Shown here piece by piece: positions 28,959 to 33,598 of a DNA stretch of 33,598 bases (the first letter of the stretch is position 1; every line of letters starts with the position of its first letter). A program made the translations under genes and the position numbers. Location of the stretch: positions 1-33,598 of the forward strand of contig MRSU01010922.1 of assembly GCA_008369845.1 (NCBI GenBank), in the 5' to 3' direction. The notes below the pieces were generated by a model. The model made no database searches and was not told where the DNA came from. It saw nothing but the letters and a program-made list of their open reading frames with translations. This stretch comes from Trichomonas gallinae (Eukaryota).

Positions 28959-30149
28959 TTAGTCGAATTCACGATCCTTGAATATGTATGGAGCGATGAT
29001 AATCCATGTGTATAGGAGAATAACAACATAAGATGCGCCAACGTTAGCCCATTTAGCGACAATACCGCGATCTAACGTCCACGAATCGTTGTTTTGACCA
29101 CTCATCCAGCTTGTCGTAACCATAGAAACGTAAACGGAGGCGAGGAAGAACATGAAGTGGAAGAATGAGAGTGAGAACTTCTTAGCTTCGTCATCCGACT
29201 CCATGCATGAGCAGCAGCCGTGGCAGGCTCCTTCCTCTTCACAGCAGTCGCCGTCGCAGCAGCCGCAGTTGAGCATTTCGTACTGGTATGTTGATGAGAA
29301 GGCGGAATAACCGGCCCAGCAGAGGGTGAAGATGGAAGCGATGATGGAAAGCCATATGCTGGATGTTGAGCCAGCAAGCTTGTTGCAATTGGCGTTGCCT
29401 TCGCAGAAGAGACCCATGCATGTGAGATAGCAAATGTAAGCATCAACCATTGAAGCTGTGAGAGCAGAAAGGCGCTCAATGGATGCTGAAAGCAGCCAGA
29501 AAGCAATGCAAATTAAAAGGTTGACAACAAGAATTGCGATATTACCACCGCAGCCCTTCATTCCGAAAAGCCAGAATGAGACACCGAATCCAGTAACTGT
29601 TCCAACTGTAAGGACAATAAGGATAGTAAGTGGCCATGCCATGTTTTCTTTTTCAACGAAATATTCATTTAGAGAATGGAAGAAATCAATGAGGAAGAGG
29701 ATCTGGATGATAAGGTAAACGAACGAAATGTACATAGCTGCCTTAAGATAGAAGTCAAAGAGCGCATCTGGAATAAACCAGCAAGCAATCCAAAATCCGA
29801 TAAGAACAACAGTGTGAATTGAGAGCCACTGAGTATGTAGGAAGAATTGGCATGAATCGGTGAGATTTGGATTGCAAAGAGTCATGAAACAATGAATTAA
29901 GAACCAAATTGCAAGGGCAAAGGAGGTGCGGCCAACAAGATTCTTGCCGATTTCAACTTTGTTATCCTTGTAATCCGATGAAACAATCTTTCCAAGCCAT
30001 GAACTGCCAGTATAACGGAGAATGTACATTAAAATCGCGAAAACAACGAAACAAATCGTGTAATAGATATTTGCACGCTTAAGATACATAGCGCGATCTC
30101 CCGTGGGCTCAGCATCTGATGATCCGCCGGACTTGTCTTTATATTCCAT
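28959..30149 (-). CDS. Serinc/TMS1 (TDE) family membrane protein
   Basis: Multi-TM protein with YLIIQILFLIDF, SFFHFMFFLASVYVSMVTTSW and LLYTWIIIAPYIFKDREF, typical Serinc motifs; Cys-rich loop. Confidence 0.92.
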   Translation of the reverse strand: MEYKDKSGGSSDAEPTGDRAMYLKRANIYYTICFVVFAILMYILRYTGSSWLGKIVSSDYKDNKVEIGKNLVGRTSFALAIWFLIHCFMTLCNPNLTDSCQFFLHTQWLSIHTVVLIGFWIACWFIPDALFDFYLKAAMYISFVYLIIQILFLIDFFHSLNEYFVEKENMAWPLTILIVLTVGTVTGFGVSFWLFGMKGCGGNIAILVVNLLICIAFWLLSASIERLSALTASMVDAYICYLTCMGLFCEGNANCNKLAGSTSSIWLSIIASIFTLCWAGYSAFSSTYQYEMLNCGCCDGDCCEEEGACHGCCSCMESDDEAKKFSLSFFHFMFFLASVYVSMVTTSWMSGQNNDSWTLDRGIVAKWANVGASYVVILLYTWIIIAPYIFKDREFD

Positions 30150-30385
30150 GTTTTATTTATTCTGTTGTGATTCTCGGTGAAAAAGTGAGATTTTATAAAA
30201 AAAATGTCGTAACTTCTTAGAAATATTATGTTTTGGACTAAGCATTTTTAATCCAATGAAACGTTTGATAGAAAGCCGTTGGAGATTTATGACACGTAAA
30301 TTATAAGGTTTATTTTACATATCATATTTCGCATGTTTTTTGTCATGTAAACTATTTTGGCATTTTTCTGAAATCCAACAATATT

Positions 30386-30446
30386 ATACATATTCAAGGA
30401 GCGTGAGTTCGACTAAGTTCAATATAATCATGTATATATTTGTTTA
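30386..30446 (+). repeat. Inverted partial copy of the Serinc 3' end and start of its 3' UTR
   Basis: 30386-30426 equals the reverse complement of 28949-28989 at 39/41 nt. After a short insert, atatatttgttta (30434-30446) matches the reverse complement of 28941-28953. Confidence 0.9.
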
Positions 30447-30713
30447 AAATTATCAAATGAAAAGAACAAGAATTCGAAGAATTCTTAAATGAAATGATTA
30501 AATTTTAATTGTTTTTTAAACGAAAGGATTGGAAATAGAGAGTTTTGAATATATGGAGTCACATTTTGACATGTAAATTTGAAAAATTTAAATTTACATG
30601 ACGAAAATATATATTACACAACATAATTTTTTTTTTTACTTGACAAAATTTTAGTGAATTTTTGATTTACATGACAAAAATAATTTTACGTGACAAAAAT
30701 ATTTTTTTGGATT

Positions 30714-32162
30714 TTGGATTTTAAAGATCAAGAAAATCAGATTTCTCAAAAGAACCCATCGTTAGAAGGCATTTCTGGTGATGCTTTGCAAAATTTCGAA
30801 ATTCTAAAGAACTATATTAGAGCATTGAATGAAGACATTTCAATACAATTACAAAACATTAACAATCACTTTAACATTATGAAGTCACGCTATAGAAAAA
30901 ACATTTGCCATCAAGTAATTAAGCTATTGATAGATTATAGAATTTTTGCATTTCTTTTTAACATTATTAACCAAGAATTCAGTTCAAGAGATACATTAAA
31001 CTTTTTACATTTGATAAAGAGGCTTATTAATTATGTCAGCTCTGAAGATAAAGAAGAATTTTTATCTCCAGAAAATTTGGTAATATTATTAGAATGGATG
31101 CATCAAAGGGAGCATCACGCCAAGTATTATGTGTGTGAAATTCTTATCAAAGCTCTTGAAGATGAGTCTATTGCAATTAATATCATAAATAAACTCGAGA
31201 CATTACAATTTGATGAATTATGTCAAAAATTGATTATGAAAATGCCAGAAATATCATTTTCAATGACAAAAGAGGAAGCTTTGCGCAAAAAAAAATATGA
31301 ATTCAAATTTGAAATTTCTTTTCTCGATCTTATGCAATTAATATTCTCATATCTTGATGAGCAAGGTATTGCAGCATTCAATCCTTTCCTAAATATAATT
31401 GTTCAATTATTACCAAATTCTTCTGCAGAATCAGTATCAATAGAGGACAGAAAACGATTAGGCGAGATATTACCAACAAGACCAATGTTTCCAAAGTTAT
31501 ATTATCGTTATGATTGTTTATTATTCATGTATGCATTCAAATGTCGTCTATTTATTGACCAAATCGATCTTAATCTCCTCATTTCACGTCTATTAACAGT
31601 TTACAATGAAATTCCAAAAGATTCTACGAAAGATGCAGACAATTTATGGGTTGAAATCGTTTCTAATATTGACCTTGAAATATTGCCCATTGATTTCTAC
31701 AATATTTTAGCAGATAAATTATTAAATAAATCAAATAAATCAACTTACAGAATTGTTGACCTGATATTTGAAGAAGTGTATCCAAAGCTTGATGAATACG
31801 AAATAATTAATGTACTATTTACAAATATTTCAGGTTATGAATTCAAATCTCAAATAAGATCATGGAAAGTCTTATCGCACATTATGAAGACAATGTATAC
31901 TCAAAATATTGCAAGTAATTTTGCTGAGTTAAGAATCATTGAACGCCTTGCTTCAAGAATTGAGCATTATAACAATGAAATTCAGTTCGAAATTCTTACA
32001 GGGTTGATTAGTTATGTTAAGCAAGATGAACAATTCGCTGAATTGTTACGTGCTTGCGAAGATTTTGGAACTTATATTAATGAGGACGCTTTAGAATCGG
32101 AAGATGACGAAGTTTGTGCTGCAGCTAATGAATTGCAACAGATTTTATTCCCAGAAGATTAA
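30714..32162 (+). CDS. Hypothetical helical-repeat (ARM-like) protein; start uncertain
   Basis: Open frame from 30690 to 32162; C-terminal ALESEDDEVCAAANELQQILF is ARM/HEAT-like. First in-frame ATG is 30879 (with TCACTT upstream), but protein-like sequence starts at TTG 30714. Confidence 0.7.
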   Translation: MDFKDQENQISQKNPSLEGISGDALQNFEILKNYIRALNEDISIQLQNINNHFNIMKSRYRKNICHQVIKLLIDYRIFAFLFNIINQEFSSRDTLNFLHLIKRLINYVSSEDKEEFLSPENLVILLEWMHQREHHAKYYVCEILIKALEDESIAINIINKLETLQFDELCQKLIMKMPEISFSMTKEEALRKKKYEFKFEISFLDLMQLIFSYLDEQGIAAFNPFLNIIVQLLPNSSAESVSIEDRKRLGEILPTRPMFPKLYYRYDCLLFMYAFKCRLFIDQIDLNLLISRLLTVYNEIPKDSTKDADNLWVEIVSNIDLEILPIDFYNILADKLLNKSNKSTYRIVDLIFEEVYPKLDEYEIINVLFTNISGYEFKSQIRSWKVLSHIMKTMYTQNIASNFAELRIIERLASRIEHYNNEIQFEILTGLISYVKQDEQFAELLRACEDFGTYINEDALESEDDEVCAAANELQQILFPED

Positions 32163-32255
32163 TTTATTGATTTTTTCATAAATCTATTTATGGATCTTTG
32201 TTTTGTTATATCTACTTATAAAAATCAATACAAAATTATTTATAATTTTCATTTT

Positions 32256-32900
32256 ATGACTATTGCATCTTCTGTTATTTTCGTATTATTAATAATATCG
32301 ATAATAACAGAATTTCTGTTTAGAAACTTTCATAACAAGTGGGCAGAACCTAGTGGGTTCAACTTTCTTGATCCATCTTATCACAATTTTATTCTCATCC
32401 ATATTTTAATTTCGATATTTTTATTCTTACCAACAATTTACTTAGCTTCTACGAAGGATATTATCGTGGCTTTCGTTTCAATGAATATTTCAGCGATTTT
32501 ATTTCTTTTCGAAATCTATTTAACATTAACTCAGCTAATTAATCCGAATGGAGTCGTAAATTCGCTACTTATCAACTGGGAAGACCATATAAATACAGAT
32601 AGACTGAATGAAATCCAAAGGAAATATCAATGTTGTGGTTTTCATTTCAGATTTCAGTTTTTCGGAGATAGATGCAATGAATCTGTATTTCCTTGCTTAT
32701 ACCCAATGATGAATGCATTGTCTCCTCAAATTCGTGCATCTGGAAGATATTTACTCATAATATCAATTATTCAGCTCGTAATAACAGCATGTTTCTATCT
32801 ACTAACTGAAAAAGATATTATTGTTACGGAAGAACAAGAAAGCTTTATTAAAAAAGAAATAAATAATAAATCAAAAGAATCATCGTCAACAACTGCATAA
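32256..32900 (+). CDS. Tetraspanin family protein
   Basis: Three N-terminal hydrophobic helices, a large loop with IQRKYQCCGF (CCG motif) plus two further Cys, and a fourth TM. ATG 32256 is preceded by Inr-like TCATT (32249); alternative ATG at 32190. Confidence 0.82.
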   Translation: MTIASSVIFVLLIISIITEFLFRNFHNKWAEPSGFNFLDPSYHNFILIHILISIFLFLPTIYLASTKDIIVAFVSMNISAILFLFEIYLTLTQLINPNGVVNSLLINWEDHINTDRLNEIQRKYQCCGFHFRFQFFGDRCNESVFPCLYPMMNALSPQIRASGRYLLIISIIQLVITACFYLLTEKDIIVTEEQESFIKKEINNKSKESSSTTA

Positions 32901-33355
32901 ATTATATGCAGTGCAACATAATCATTGTGTGCTATTTTAAATAGCATATGCGGAATTATATTAATAAAAAAATATATTTGTTTGTTTAGTATTTGTTAAA
33001 TGTTATTAACTCAAATTGCTGCTTGTTTTATTAAATGTTTATGCATTAAGAGTATTTTTGTAAAAAATGCAAATATTTCTCAGATATATTTCATATCCAA
33101 GCTCTGATACTACTGCCATTTATTGACTAATATATTTCAATTTGATTTTTAAAGAAAAATCAATAACTAGTCAAATAAATATTAAACAAATTAATTTTAA
33201 TTCTCAAAAAATTAGCAATGAAGAGACAATTACTTAAAACAAATGGTAAGTAGATTGTTATGCTTGTAAAGAAAAACGCTAGTTTGGGTAAAATTAATGA
33301 GTAAGTCTAATTACTCATGCTATAATTGTTTAATCCAGTATTATTCTAAAATACT

Positions 33356-33598
33356 TTAGTCCTTAGCCTCATGAACCTTGATGACATCTGGCTGGGACTC
33401 CTTTGGACCGGAGATGCCTGATGGATCGTGGGCAAGCATGATAAGGACACGGATACCGATTGTAGCCTGCTTCATTGGGATGTGGCCGACAGCCTGTGTG
33501 ACGAACTGCTTTGTGACGTCACCGGACTTGACCATGTAGCCCTCTTTATACTTGGATGTGGAAGCACGGGCACCACGGAGCTTACCAGAGATGACGAC
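33356..33598 (-). CDS. RPS3: 40S ribosomal protein S3 (uS3), 3' part, runs off the window
   Basis: Manual translation: VVISGKLRGARASTSKYKEGYMVKSGD...AVGHIPMKQATIGIRVLIML..DPSG..GPK...PDVIKVHEAKD*. Strong C-ending codon bias; not in the ORF track. Confidence 0.95.
   Translation of the reverse strand, partial: VVISGKLRGARASTSKYKEGYMVKSGDVTKQFVTQAVGHIPMKQATIGIRVLIMLAHDPSGISGPKESQPDVIKVHEAKD

Noticed and set aside
1..33598. Introns, tRNA/rRNA genes, Maverick or mariner elements
   Set aside because: No ACTAACACACAG-type intron ends, cloverleafs, rRNA-like tracts, transposase/integrase ORFs or long TIRs seen by eye. tRNAscan/Infernal/RepeatMasker would be needed to exclude them formally.

Overview
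AT-rich, gene-dense eukaryotic DNA with apparently intronless ORFs and short intergenic spacers. It strongly resembles a parabasalid genome (Trichomonas vaginalis or a close relative): TCAYT initiator-like elements lie just upstream of several ATGs, AAAGTGAC and AGCGGTTT promoter motifs are present, many stop codons sit inside TAAA, and highly expressed genes prefer C-ending codons. The window holds about 18 protein genes: a bacterial-type hypothetical, an E2, CLN3/battenin, RRP5, a 14-3-3, a SAP-domain protein, LSm6-like, SAC9-like, INCENP IN-box protein, CHD/FYR-like, coiled-coil, RRM, two helical-repeat proteins, a CAMK-like kinase, Serinc, a tetraspanin and the 3' end of RPS3. There is also a frameshifted TPR pseudogene. 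Main observations: (1) a fixed-spacing bipartite element CCCTT-N10-(T/A)YA-NN-CCCT occurs gene-oriented in three unrelated promoters; (2) a TTTACRTGWCA-like motif clusters in divergent promoters; (3) an inverted copy of the Serinc 3' end lies upstream of the same gene; (4) three intergenic degenerate ~100-119 bp tandem repeats; (5) several apparent pseudoenzymes (SAC9-like, SNF2-like, kinase); (6) a lateral-transfer candidate. I see no CRISPR, rRNA, tRNA or intact transposon. All family assignments are from motif recognition by eye, with no database search.
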